A DNA stretch of 64,000 bases from Botryllus schlosseri (lineage: Eukaryota), in contig CM119372.1 in NCBI GenBank assembly GCA_051294905.1, positions 6,884,001-6,948,000 on the forward strand, given 5' to 3'. Of this stretch, positions 37,824 through 50,244 are shown piece by piece. Positions within the stretch are counted from its first letter, which is position 1; each line of letters opens with the position of its first letter. The translations under genes and the position numbers were made by a program. Under the pieces are notes generated by a model. The model ran no database searches and was not told where the DNA came from. It saw nothing but the letters and a program-made list of their open reading frames with translations.

Positions 37824-40800
37824 GATTTTTTTAATTCAAAATAATCATGGTGCTTGGATTTGGAAAGGATTGAGACACTGCAGTTTTTCTTTCTTGAATG
37901 CGTTGTCATTATTCTACCGTAGGCCTATATGCTAATTCAAAGTTTGTTGTTACAGTGCGAACTTCATGGTGTGAAATTTTATTGTTACATACTTTACTTT
38001 TTGAATATGTTTGAATCCCTTCAATGTACCGATTACTGTTGATAAGAAGCACACAAAATATATTATACGTATCCCTGCAATGGATGTTTTTATAAAACTT
38101 ATTTAGCAGTAAAATGAGGCAGAAACGAATTCAAATAAAAATCAGTCAACTTATAGGGAAGTTGGTTTCGCCCCAACGATTGTCCTTTGCCACCTTTATG
38201 ATGTGGATATCTTTTGTGGTCCATAATACAAAATGACCCCATGAAGTCTTGGCTGCTTCCATTCCGGCCTGGATTTGATGCCAATATTCATGGTTGATTT
38301 TCAATGAACCACATTGATCCAAATATGGAGAAGTATCTCTTCCACGTTTCTCAAACATTATATCATTAATAGTTTTATTGCGGTGAATCCATGGACACTT
38401 GATTTCTAATAGCCCTCTTTCGCCACTAGAAGTGCTTATAATTCCATCTGGGCTGCACCCAAGATAACCACAAGGGAATAGAAGCAATCCAACCTTCATA
38501 ATAGAGTTACCGGTGTAGTCTTCATATGCTTTTATCGCGACATCCTCAATTCATGCATCTGACCCCACATTATTGCACTTTTGCAGGATAAATTATATTC
38601 ACCACAAAGCATTCTGAATAGGGACTCGGGGTAGACACCAGAGCAACCATGTCTGTCGAAAGCTTTCATCACCCGTCCAAAGTTGCTTCCAGTCAGTCTG
38701 TAACTGCGCATTCGACCCCATAATTGTGATCGAGATTGTAGCTTTGTCTCTTCAGCAACGATGGTAATTTGATCCGGGTCTACACGGCACTTATTCAAAA
38801 ATTCATTCTTGTAAATTTTGAATAGTGTGAAGAGATCAGATATATTTTATGTTATGGTGACAAATGAAGATACATGTGATAGTGGCTCCAGACCTGTAAT
38901 CCATTTTGTTGGGCACGTAGTGTCAGCTTTCATTATATGTGTTTGGAAGGATTTTCTATCTTCCATGTCAAATTTTCTTGGCAAGGCACTGTAACATTTT
39001 TTGGATGAAGGAAATAACTCTTTCATCGGCTGTACGATTTCTTTACATGCCCTTCTTGGGTGTGTAATCCACGAATTTGGCAGATCGGTTTTAGACATGC
39101 CATTTTTGTTGACATAGATCGCAACTGTGGCCATGTGGCTGCAAATCCATTTGCCCCGCTGGCATTCACACGTTGCACTACTAATGCCCCCAGTTCCATC
39201 TAAATCAGAGGTCTCAAACTCAAATGTGCTCGCGGGCCAGTTTTCCAGTTTTGACGACGCCGCGGGCCGCAGCCTTTATAGGGGTATTCTATGTCTTTCC
39301 AAGTAGGCCTTATTTGGCGGGAATAAATTGTTCTATTGAAAGTAAGCCGATCCACCGGACTACTGACAATAAACCCACATCATCAAAATGTGATTTACTC
39401 TTGTATCAATTTAGGACTGACACGAAAAGAATCATCACATTTATAACTATTTGAATAGAATTGTTGTTGTATTGATAAATATTAATTATAAGATATAGAG
39501 ACCATATGGGCGGACAAATGTATGATGCCATCATAAAAGCTATCGGGTTATAATTTTTCAGCTTCTATGCATATTTTGAATTTAACAGATTGATAATACA
39601 GACTGATATGATATCAAAACATTTTCAAGTTGATCATTGCAATTCCAATCCAGGATACGAGTATACTTCTGATAAGTAGGCTAGGGTATTAATCTCATGG
39701 CCAAATCTCTTCAAATATAGGAGCAGAATTTTTTTTAATATAATAGAAATATATTAATGGATGTGTCCTAGTGATTTAAATGTCGGAACGCCGAACGGCC
39801 CATTGCTGTGACATCGTCGGAGTGTACCACTACGGTACTCGCTACCTTTAAGTGACCTTAATAACATGGTTTAGCGACCGAAGATGTAACTAACAGATTG
39901 CCGATGGTTGCCATAACTACTTGCTCAGTTAGCGAAATACCAAGCTGCGACCTTCTGATCTATTACTATTACCCTGACACCCGATTAGTTTTTGCGTCCA
40001 TGTTTCTAACAAATTCACGGCATCCTGCGTCATTTCCATTTTGCCATCGAGTTAGCCCGAGTCTGAGTTATTCTAGGAAAGGTCGCGTCCAAGTCCAACT
40101 CACAAATTTCAGTCACCAATCGTCTAAGGGTCAGGTTTTGTCATCATGAATTGGAAATGTGGGGAAATAGTGAATCTTCCACTGCATGGTGGCGTTTGCA
40201 ATTGATGTGATAGTGAAGTTTGATGAATAGTTCAAGTATAGAAAGTGACTATGGAACGGAAACTCCCGTTTTCCCATTGTTAGGTCACGCCTGACTGAAT
40301 CTAGCGGATTTGGACAACCGAACAATCGTAACGAATGTAGGAGATGTAATATTCTCCAGTTTCGAGACAATTTCGGTTAGATGAGAGCGGTAGCCGCGGC
40401 ATTTAGGCGCAGAAAGCCAACTGCAACACATCGAGTCGTTGTTTATTCATGCCTTGTGAATAGGGTGAGTGGTTTTGCAACCAATACTTATGGACAGAGG
40501 ACAGTATTCATCGGAAATCTGGAGTTTATAAACGATGAAGAGAGGCAGTTTGTGTTATTGTGTGATAAAATCTGGCCGCAATGTGCAATCTATTTGCAAT
40601 TAGCAATTTACATATACCATTTACTGGATTTTTTCGCAGGAACAACGATATAGTATCATTCGTTTAGCCTGTAAAGTCTTACTTGTTATAGAAATCAGTA
40701 AATCACTGTGTGGCCGCAAGAACTGCAATACGAAGTATTGTACCGGTACTCCATATCACCATCACAAGACCCGTCGTCGCTCGCTCCCAAAGAAAAGAAT

Positions 40801-41133
40801 GTTGGTCACCATGTATGCCACATTTCGGTCTTCTGGAAGGTTCAAAATGACTCGTTTAAACGATTTGCAAGCAATATTCACCTGGGATTGATGTCATATC
40901 ACGACGGCAACTCTGATCTCACACACCTAAATGCAGAGGAAAAACCAATGTCCTAATCAGGCCTGTGAAGAGTGGCAGCTGACTAGTGATATCAGACTTT
41001 AAATTCGCCCACCTTACGCTAACGCTGTTATATTACTTGATTTGATCATTCAATTTTCAAATCACCGTCTTGACTTTGCTCTTCTAAGTAACATTATTAT
41101 CATTTTGTATTTCAAAGATTAGGTTTTGCAAAC

Positions 41134-44100
41134 ATGGCTCCATCAAATTGTTGTGTTCCTGAGTGCAACTTTCGAAAGCCATCTAAAAATCGAATTGGTC
41201 TTTTTACTGTGCTTCGCCCTGAATTTGCAGCCAGCGAGGAAGAAAAACACCACAGAGAAATGCTGCACAAGTTTGTGTACTCAGTTAGGGGTGAGACAAA
41301 GAAAATCATTGCAGACAAGCTTTGTAGAGAAATGTGAGTCTGATAGAATGGTTACCAGAAGGGGTTATTGTTCAGTAGTTGTTTTCCTTCATGTAGGATG
41401 GCAATCTGCGAGCAACATTTCAGTCAAAGTGACATTATAATCAAAAAGTCCAGGAAAATGCTTAGGATCGGAGCGCTGCCAACTGAAAATCTCCCGAAAA
41501 ATTTGACTAGTGTGTTCAGGAGTCCACATCGCAACCCCCCTAGCAAGAGGAAACAATTACCTCCAAAACAGGTTTACAGAACCTTTGAAAAACTTCACAA
41601 GGCAGCAATGAAGATACAAGTAGAGTCAGGTGGTGTCCCTAGGATATACATATAATGTGCAAGTGAATGGCTAACATTTGATCATTTAGAATATTGGGTG
41701 TTTTACGAAAAAAAGGGCAGGTTGATTGGACAGTATGAAGATGATGAAGATTCTGGTCTGGCACCAAGATTGAGGTGAATTTGTTAGTCATTGGTGTAAT
41801 AGTGTGTCAGGTAGCGAAAAAATTAATAAGTGTCCGTGTAAGTAGCCTGAAATAGATTGAAAAATGACTGCAATTATGAAGTATTATTTGTTCAGGATAA
41901 GCATTGACCTGCAATCAGGGAACAACCAACTTCACTGCTTTGGCTGGGCAGTGGATTTGAAACAATTTTTTGAGATGGATATATGTTACATAGAACTACA
42001 TGATGTCATCAGTAGGTTGCGAAAATTCACTGAAGTAACTGTGATAATGATGTTGAAATACGACATATTTAGAGCAATTGGAGAAACTAAATGTATGTTC
42101 TGGAGTCGGATCAGAATTTCAGGACACCAAATCTCACCCTGTGGTCGGAAGAATGGGTAGTCACGAACTAAAAGTGTCTGTGATTCATCGCTGCGAGACA
42201 TGCCGTATTTTAGGTACAAACCTGCGTTGGAAAGGTCAGTGTAACTGAGCTCTGTGACCTTGATTACCCACATTCTAGTTGATTCGCTGGATATTTGTGA
42301 TGGCTGCTCAGCATTCATCAAGGCGAATAACCAAAATAGCTTGGACGAAACGGTAGAGGTGGATGAGCAGGTACATTTGACGGTTCAGGTATTTATTGCA
42401 GACCACACACATAACTGGCAGCAACATGCAACTAATAAGGTTAATTTATAGGCGATGGTTGATACTGAAAAAGGCAACATGAATGAGTTCTTGCATCAAT
42501 TATTTCTTGATGACATGATCAATTCCCAGAGGTCAGGTAATGGTCGCCGCTATCATCCTGACATTCTGAGATGGTGCATTGAGTTGTACTCGAGATCCCC
42601 AGCAGCCTATGCACACATTAGAAGCAGCAATGTTCTCCAATTGCCGAGCAACCGCACCATTCGCTCCTACAGGTAGATAAAAAAGCAGATCATCATATTA
42701 TATAGAGAATTGCATACTTCTATTGTTCACAGAAACTGTATCCCACCTAGTCCAGGCATAAATAAATTGGCACTGGAGCAAATTGCAGTCAGAAAAGAAG
42801 AGGGGGAAAACATGACCGGCTTTATATGTTTGGACGAGATGAAAAGTAAAGCTTAGTAACAGTATTAATTGGCTAAGACTTGTAGATATATTAATAATAT
42901 ATGACAAATATTCAATGAACAGTTAAAGAGAATCTTGTCTTGCGAGAAGGCAAACTGGTGGGGCTCGTTGATCCCATGTCAGTGACTGAAGAAAATAAAA
43001 GGAATGAGCTAGCCAGTAACATTTTAGGTAAGGATTTATGGCTTGTATAGCATTATTAAAAACATGGGGGCCAATATAAATATATATTTTATTTAAAAGT
43101 ATTTTACGGAAGGACCGTAACCAGAAAGGTTTCTGTGCCAATAGCATGGTACGCCACACGGTCTATGACAGCAGGACGACTTGCCTCATTGGTTTGGAAG
43201 AACATCATTGCATGTGAAAAGGCCGGGCTACAAGTTCATGCTTTGATATGTGATGGACATCCAACCAACAGAAAGATGTTTCGCATCATTAGTCAAGGTC
43301 ACAAAATCACTATGCGAAGCAATCTTATGGCACATAATCCACTAGCTGTTCATCGACCGATTGCCTTGCTGTCAGACCCCCCTCATTTGCTGAAGGTAAT
43401 TTAGGTAAAATTTACTCTACACATAGTGTTTAATTGTTGCTTTTCATGGTTAAGACTGCTCGTAATTCCTTATATAATTCAAGAAAGAATGGTTCAAAGG
43501 AAATGATAGATGTTCAAGGTCGTCCGATTGTCTGGACGGATATTTCAGATCTGTACAAGCGCGAATCTCATTCAATGCTGAGTGAAAGCTTGCTGAAAAA
43601 AGTACACGTTGAACTGACGCCATATAGCAAGGTAACTGTGACATGATCGATCAGTGTCAGTAAATTATCATTTCTGCTTGTCAAACAGATGAATGTTGGT
43701 TTGGCTCGTGCTGTTTTAAATGAGCGGGTTGGTAAAGTGTTGAGTAAGGTACCAAGAGCAGAGGGCACGGCGGATTACATACTTAATTTCGCCAAGTATG
43801 TCCTATAAACTTATGACATATGATATGTAGTATACCTGATATTTCATCTTTGTAGATGGTTTTCAATTGTAGACTGCTCTTCAAAAAATCCAATCAAAAA
43901 TCTGGATGATAAACGCATCTTTTGGCTTGAGACATTTGCTGACAGCCTTGCGCAGTGGCATGTAAGTGGGATGCAACAGATTGCATGAAAGTTCACTTAT
44001 ATAATTGTATGTTCAGGATAGTCTTTCAGGAGACTGCAAGAAACTGGTAGCAATGCCAACCCTTGAAGGGCTTTGCTTCACATCACGAAATTTTGCGTGC

Positions 44101-44433
44101 CTTTGTAGGCGTTTGCTTGATGGAAAGTATTTAAATTATGTCGGACTTCATTCATTCTCACAGGATGTATTGGAGGCCTTTTTCGGAAATGTGGTGAGAA
44201 TATATTGTCAGCTCCGTTCTCTCCTATCTTTTAGAATTCTTATATCCAATAAACAGCGACAACATGGGGCGCGTTGTTCCAATCCAGACATCAATCAAGC
44301 TGCCTATGCCATCCAACACCTAACTGTAAGAAAAGGAATCAAGAAATTGAAAGGCGGCAACACAACATTTGGTGATAAAAATGCATGGACGGAATTGAAT
44401 GAGGAACCCCTGCAAAAACGCATGAAAAATTGA
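41134..44433 (+). CDS. P-element/THAP9-family transposase, multi-exon, apparently intact but short at the C-terminus
   Basis: THAP domain (CCVPEC..ICEQHF..GALPT), RRYHPDILRW..SPAAY..LPS, catalytic motifs CLDEMK, ICDG, DPPHLLK-TARN, KMNV, SQDVLEAFFG-RQHG..NP; spliced through many short (mostly ~50-75 nt) GT-AG introns; AATAAA near 44448. Some middle exon boundaries (41900-42450) are uncertain. Confidence 0.88.
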
Positions 44434-44553
44434 TTGGAATTGCATCAAATAAATACACAGATTGCATTTCTGCTACTCTACTCTCACCTAGTCAGAGTTC
44501 ACGCATCAAGTATCTAATTATGTCACTTAACTATGACCTCTTAATGAATTGGT

Positions 44554-45444
44554 TTATTTTTTCAAATCAGTTCTGAGACTACGAGAGCCGCTGCCTGCTG
44601 TGGTACTAGATTTGAATTTTCTCAGCCTATCAATCAATTTCCTTGAGAAACTATATGCCAGTGTCTTTATGTAGAGCAGAGTCATTACAAATACTACCTC
44701 TTTCACGCTTTCAGAGGTAAACGGGCCGGAGTCAGCGAGGTAATCGACAAAATTGTAAAAAAATCTAGATGAAGAAATACACTTTTTCAAGTGCTCTACA
44801 TTGATTTCCGCAGCAGGCTTGGAAAACTCCCTACTAGCCTCTACAAATATGTTTTGAAAGAAAGATTGTACTTCCATAGACGGATAAATGAGTTTGATAT
44901 TCTCCAGCAGTGGTATCAAAGTGAACTGTGGAGAGTCTGATTCCAAATTCGATATAATGTCATGAAGTTGAGGTGATCTGAGAAAACGGGTTTTCACACG
45001 CCGCAAAACAAAACCTCCAATAAACTCGATGATATCTGCCTCTCTTGCTGAAATGCTGGCATGTGCAACATGGTCAACAGGCCTCGATGCAACAATACTA
45101 TCAATTATTTCTAGCAAATGTAATGCAGCATCTGCAATTTCGGGAACCGGCTGAGAAAAACACTTGAAAATTCTGCTACCCTCCATCAAATCAGAATACT
45201 GCTCCATAATGGCCTCTAAATTTCCAGTTGTTTTAAATCTTTCCTGCCAGTCTGTAATCAATGTAGCTCCATAGTGTGATAAAAGTGACAAATCAATACT
45301 GTGAGAATCGGGTTCCGATGCTGTCAATGATAAATCCCTGAACTTCTGATATTCTTCAGCGGAATAATCTATATCCAAACTATCAGTCTCAATTTCAACT
45401 AAAATTGTCTCGGGCACACTCAACATCGCATCCGTTGTTGACAT
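44554..45444 (-). CDS. Second P-element gene, ~296 aa, resembling the P-transposase C-terminal domain
   Basis: Uninterrupted ORF from ATG 45444 inside the TIRs; motifs EADIIEFIGGFVLRRV, LIYPS, LLYIKTLAYSFSRK and a basic tail SRSLRTDLKK. Confidence 0.72.
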   Translation of the reverse strand: MSTTDAMLSVPETILVEIETDSLDIDYSAEEYQKFRDLSLTASEPDSHSIDLSLLSHYGATLITDWQERFKTTGNLEAIMEQYSDLMEGSRIFKCFSQPVPEIADAALHLLEIIDSIVASRPVDHVAHASISAREADIIEFIGGFVLRRVKTRFLRSPQLHDIISNLESDSPQFTLIPLLENIKLIYPSMEVQSFFQNIFVEASREFSKPAAEINVEHLKKCISSSRFFYNFVDYLADSGPFTSESVKEVVFVMTLLYIKTLAYSFSRKLIDRLRKFKSSTTAGSGSRSLRTDLKK

Positions 45445-46719
45445 CCTTTTGTAGTCAAGATTACACTTGCTGCTATCAGATAAAAGCTTTGACTTACCCT
45501 GGCTGTTATAGTGATATGAATTTTTAAATAAAATAATATACGAAAATATCAAGTACATTAATAATGTCGATCGGAAACTCCAGAGTTGCAATAAACACTG
45601 TCCTCTGTTGATAAGTATTGGTTACAAAAACACTGATCCCATTCACAGGACATATATAAACCACGACTCCTTGGCTGTCTCCATCTCATTACCGTCCGTA
45701 CCCTTTACACCTGCCCGAAATTACCTCGGAACTGGAATAACTCACCTCACGCCTCCAACGTTCGTTGCGATTGCTCGGTTGTCCGAATCCGCTAGATTCA
45801 GTCATGCGTGACCTAACAATGGGAAAACGGGAGTTTCCGTTCCATAGTCACTTTCTATAGTCACTTTCTATAGTTTAAGGCTTTCGGAGCAATTTAAGAG
45901 GGAATTTTCACTTTATAACCTGAAAAGATATATGTGACTCTTATATATTGTCAAATTATTAATAAATCTAAAATGTCGTCGCGGGCCGCACAAAATGTTC
46001 TGGCGGGTCGCGTGTTTGAGACCTCTGATCTAAATTGATGGCGACTTTGTAAACAGCGTCTTTCCAAGATGCTCTGATCTTTGCAATAATCTGAAAGTCT
46101 TCTATCTTCAGCGAGATAACATGATTGGATTTGATTTACAACTCTGCTTTTCCAATTACAGCCAGGTCTTCAGAAAAGAATGATAACGCTCCTGCTAGGG
46201 TGACTACCGCTGAATCCATGAATTACGAATAGCTTCCAATATTACTGCAATCGAAATAATATGACTAAAAGATTCGGGTATATTTCAATAAGAATATGCC
46301 ATTAAATTGTGAATTGAAGTTTTGTACCTCCAAGAGCTACATAGTGGATAACAACAAATTATAAGTGTCTTACTAATAATATCCCTATTTACGATAAAGG
46401 TAACATTTAGAATTAAAAATAACTCTGGAAATTCCCGAAAAATATGGTATTTCTCCTGCTGGGGTGATGTTACTGCAACCGATAGAATGTTATATCTCAG
46501 GTTATAACCAAACAGACTCATCCTGACAAGGCCTGGAACTTTGAAACGGTTGCAAAACATTGTTCCAATATATTTATCTACACACCCTCTGGACTAGCGC
46601 AGTCAGCATGCCCTTGACGACGACGCTGTCAGTCATCACTAAGAACAACAAATTCTAACCAATCAGAAGCAAGGTAACGAACTTCCGGTTTCAATCAAGA
46701 CCAGATTCAGTAAATTCTG

Positions 46720-47010
46720 AGCTCTGGAAGACAACTTTTGGATTGCCAGAAATCCTACAGTAGCTGCCGTAAAATAAGTCTGACTAAAGCTTCAGCGAAG
46801 CGGAACGAAGCTGCAAAATCGGTCGTTGCCATTCCACGTTTACATTCTATACTGGAAGATAACTTTTGGATTTCCACAAATCGTACAGTCGCTTACGCAA
46901 AACATTTCTGACCACAGCCTCAGCGAAGCGGAACGAAGCTGCAAATCGGTCGTTGCGATTCCATGTTTGCTTAGTAAACATTGATTCTATAGAATGTAAA
47001 CGTTTACATT
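46720..47010. repeat. ~125-bp imperfect direct repeat
   Basis: CAGCGAAGCGGAACGAAGCTGCAAA(A)TCGGTCGTTGC at ~46793 and 46921; CTGGAAGA(C/T)AACTTTTGGATT at ~46724 and ~46852. Confidence 0.7.
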
Positions 47011-47824
47011 CTATATTGATTCCATTCGATACTGTTACTGTTAATTAATAGCGCCGTAAACTATTGCCGCACTAACTTGTTTTTGGTCTTTTCGGACCAA
47101 ATGGCTGCCTCTGTGCAACAAGGGTGTGACGAAACAATTCCCCACACTTCTTGTCCTACATTCTTTGGCTGAGTGCATTACATACTGCCATTATAGAGAT
47201 TGCAGATCCTACAATCTCTATACTAAGTAAGTTTTGGAGGCTGTGTTCCCGTTCGATTCTGGTAGAGAGAGTAGAAAAATAATGAATTTCCAATATAGAT
47301 GCCAGATTACTCGACATTTATAGACGTAGGTGATTCAGGTTCGTGAAGAACAGAGATGTACCGGTATAAATTACCGTAGGCCTGCCTATTAGACATGGGC
47401 TTAAGCGATATTTTGTAGTAGCAATTACGAACTACTACTTTCGGAATTTTTACTTTGATTTTTAAATGTTACTTTTTAGCAGTTATATTGGAGGTATAGC
47501 CCGCGTAACAATTGACCGCTAATTTATTCGAAATAGCGCAAATGTATTCTAAAGTTTAAAAATGATTACTTCTAAACTCGCCGATATCAAAGCACAACTT
47601 TAAAGTTTAAACTAAATAACAATTAATTATGATTGAAGTTATGATCATACAGGCAGAGTCGTCTAGCCTTATAACTTTTCTGTTCATCTTACTATAAGCC
47701 TGAAGAAAATCCGTTCACGGAGTATAGTTACAGAAGTGTCCACTGCCCCCAATGCCCTTCGTGACAAATATGGATCTAATTTTGCATCCGAATATGCAGA
47801 GGTGGTCAGTAACGAAGTACTTCT

Positions 47825-48000
47825 ACTTTTCCGAAGTACATCTTTTCGAGAGTTGGGCAACAAGGGTTTCGTTGTGTACACCACATGCGTGTCTACGCTG
47901 TAATAACAACGGTGAACAGCCGATTTAATGAGTTTTTCAAAACGGTTGGACACGGTTAGCCAAGGTAGGTGTAAAAATGCCGGGCATTTTTCTGGTCCGT
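47825..48000 (-). mobile_element. Penelope-like element fragment
   Basis: KCPAFLHLPWL..SNRFEKLIKSAVHRCY..LLPNSRKDVL parallels [30 protein letters not shown] of the 10837-12227 element. Confidence 0.75.
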
Positions 48001-48091
48001 AAAGTCTTCGAGTTCAATAAATATTATTTTACAATGGATATTGTATTGAAAGCTATATTCAAGTTCTGTACCACGAACCAGCTATTTAAAA

Positions 48092-50153
48092 CTGGGTTGT
48101 AACCAAGTCACATGGTTCCGAGTCACGAGTCAATCTTACTTCTGTGGTTTTGACTCTAGTCAAGTCGAGTCATTTTCAATTCAACGTCGAGTCCGAGTCC
48201 AATTCACCGTTTACCGGGTCAAGTCCGAGTCATAGTGTTATGACTCGAGTCCGAGTCCAAGTCACAGTATTGAAGTCATGTTCATCCAATGTTTTCAATC
48301 CTGCTTGGGTGATATCGAATTCCTTGCTTGCCTAACATGCTTATTTTGTCCCTACCAGAGTCTTGGCACATGTTTATTTAGGTAGATTACGGACAGTTCC
48401 TGTCCTCATTTACCGATGCTACAGATAGACGAGACAGGCCGCCAATATGATAACTTTACTAATCTTAGAACTTAAAATCAAATATCTATCTTGTCAGTCT
48501 GATACATCACAAATGCAAGCATTCAGTTTTTATTACGACCACATCGACGACAGCTCACAAATAGCTGATTGAGAACCAACAAATTCAAGTCTACATACGA
48601 TCTGATAGAGAACCTACGAATTCACGTCGACAAATAAGGTGATAGAGAATCAACAGATGCATGATTATGTAGGGGTATTTTCACCAGGCCAGCATGCTGT
48701 AAAAGCGTGCATGTGGCTATGTGCAGTGACAAAAAACAGATACCTTTTGATATTACTAAAGGTTTTCCCAATTGCATTACAGACTGCATCGCAGTTACAG
48801 CATTGGAGAAATAATTGAGGCTGTTAAAAAACATTTTTCCAATTTTCCGGCTACTTCTTAGAATTGTTAGATTGCCTAAAAATACTTCAATTTGGCTCAA
48901 TTCCGACCGGTAGAAAGTAATGCTCTGGGAGAAAATTTTGTATTAATTACGAATAGAGATTTTCGAATTTTACGGGCTATACCTCATGATATTGTTAGAT
49001 TGTGTAAAAATATGATTCATAGCAAATTTGGCTCAATTCCAACAAGAAGAAGCGAAGTTATCAGAGTAGGATATTTTCTATATGAAAAAATAGTCGGCCT
49101 ACCACTAGTATGTAATTATATTATATGAAAGAATTTCTCACTAAAAATACTCCATTAATTTCACATCCAAAATTTTCTTTTCTCATATCAATGATTCTAC
49201 TTTTTAAAATTTAACCAGATTCAGTGTTCTTTTAATGCAACATAACAATTTTATCAAGTAGCCTAGCCATCAAGTAAAATAAAAAAAAGAAGTTATTCTT
49301 GAAGAGCCCTACTGTACAAACATCACACAACATTAGCCATTCATTATTACTCACGTGCGCAATGCACATACCTAATAAAACGTCAAATGGGCGGAGGGTA
49401 TTGTGTGTTTTCCACAGACGGCAGATCAAATCAATGATGAGTTACACTTCAAAAATACCAAAGTGGAGAGGAGATCCTCAGATATATTAAAGCGGTGTGA
49501 CCTTAGAATAAATCCACATTTACTGAATACACTTTCCACTGGTGCACTAGATGCAGGAATTGACAAGCATTTTTGAACCTCACTGAAGAGCGTTGGATAC
49601 TCATTCTTTCCAGTCGCCCAAAAATGTAAATAATCATCGCCTTCAAATCCACACATGAGCTTATCAGTCTCTTCCAAGTACTTGACCATCGGGGTCATTG
49701 CATTGGCTCTAATTGAACTTTGCTTCGATTCTTTGCTTGTATAATTGAAAAGTCTTGAGTACGGTACTTTGATTGCGGAGGAATTATTACCTCTTCATCA
49801 CTGGATGATTTTGTACAATACATTGCTACTATGTACCATTGTCTGTTGTTTTTTACGGCGGCCTATCTGATATCAGACTAGTGCAACGAAAGCAGTGGTG
49901 ACAAATAGCGATGTCGGCAGAATTCGTCAGATGCGTTGATCTAGCCGTTACGATTCGCAAATTTCTTCGTCTTCGAGTCATATAAAATAAACCAAGTCAA
50001 TGACTTGGGACGAGTCATGCGTAATGACTCGAGTACAAGTCGAGTCAATCCAAATATTGACTCGAGTCGAGTCGAGTCATTTCCCATTTCAAGAAAATGA
50101 GTCGAGTCAAGTCGAGTCACAAAAAAATCGTGACTCGAGTCATTACAACCCTG
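48092..50153 (-). mobile_element. Internally deleted hAT element retaining a hATC dimerisation-domain remnant
   Basis: Termini CTGGGTTGTAA / TTACAACCCTG and GACTCGAGTC repeats as in 26482-27043; ORF 49426-49698 FW..YPTL..LSIPASSAPVESVFSKCG..LVFLKCN; TSD not conserved. Confidence 0.8.
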
Positions 50154-50244
50154 CTAGAAAAGCTTGCCTGTTACTTTTTAACTGTATGCTTTTTTTCACT
50201 TCTCTAGTACCTATGTATGTAGTGCATGCTCAAACTAAAAGGCT

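Larger units (their letters stand above)
40237..45872. mobile_element. Full-length P-superfamily DNA transposon with two convergent genes
   Basis: TIR TATAGAAAGTGACTATGGAACGGAAACTCCCG.. is near-perfect for ~100 bp and recognisable for ~290 bp; 7-bp TSD GTTCAAG / GTTTAAG; encodes a THAP-domain transposase. Confidence 0.9.
39206..46027. mobile_element. hAT (Charlie-like) MITE, enlarged by a nested P element
   Basis: TIR CAGAGGTCTCAAAC / GTTTGAGACCTCTG; perfect 8-bp TSD ATCTAAAT; GCGGGCC subterminal motifs. Confidence 0.88.
38099..46220 (-). pseudogene. SWIM zinc finger + YqaJ (lambda-exonuclease-like) gene of the ISL2EU-like transposon, split by nested insertions
   Basis: 5' part 46028-46220 (..IRASWKDAVYKVAINLD) joins 39197 (GTGGISSATCECQRGKWICSHMA, SWIM CxC..CxH); YqaJ motifs RLTGSNFG, WGQMHE, LGCSPDG, LLEIKCP, YWHQIQ; stops and frameshifts present; convergent with the transposase. 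Confidence 0.82.

Noticed and set aside
44554..45591. 345-aa version of the second P-element ORF
   Set aside because: The listed start is a non-ATG codon inside the extended TIR followed by AT-rich intron/UTR-like sequence; ATG 45444 is preferred.
47192..47222. TATAGAGATTG..CAATCTCTATA imperfect palindrome as a third P footprint
   Set aside because: Termini fit, but the flanks (CTGCCAT / CTAAGTA) are not a duplication; left uncalled.
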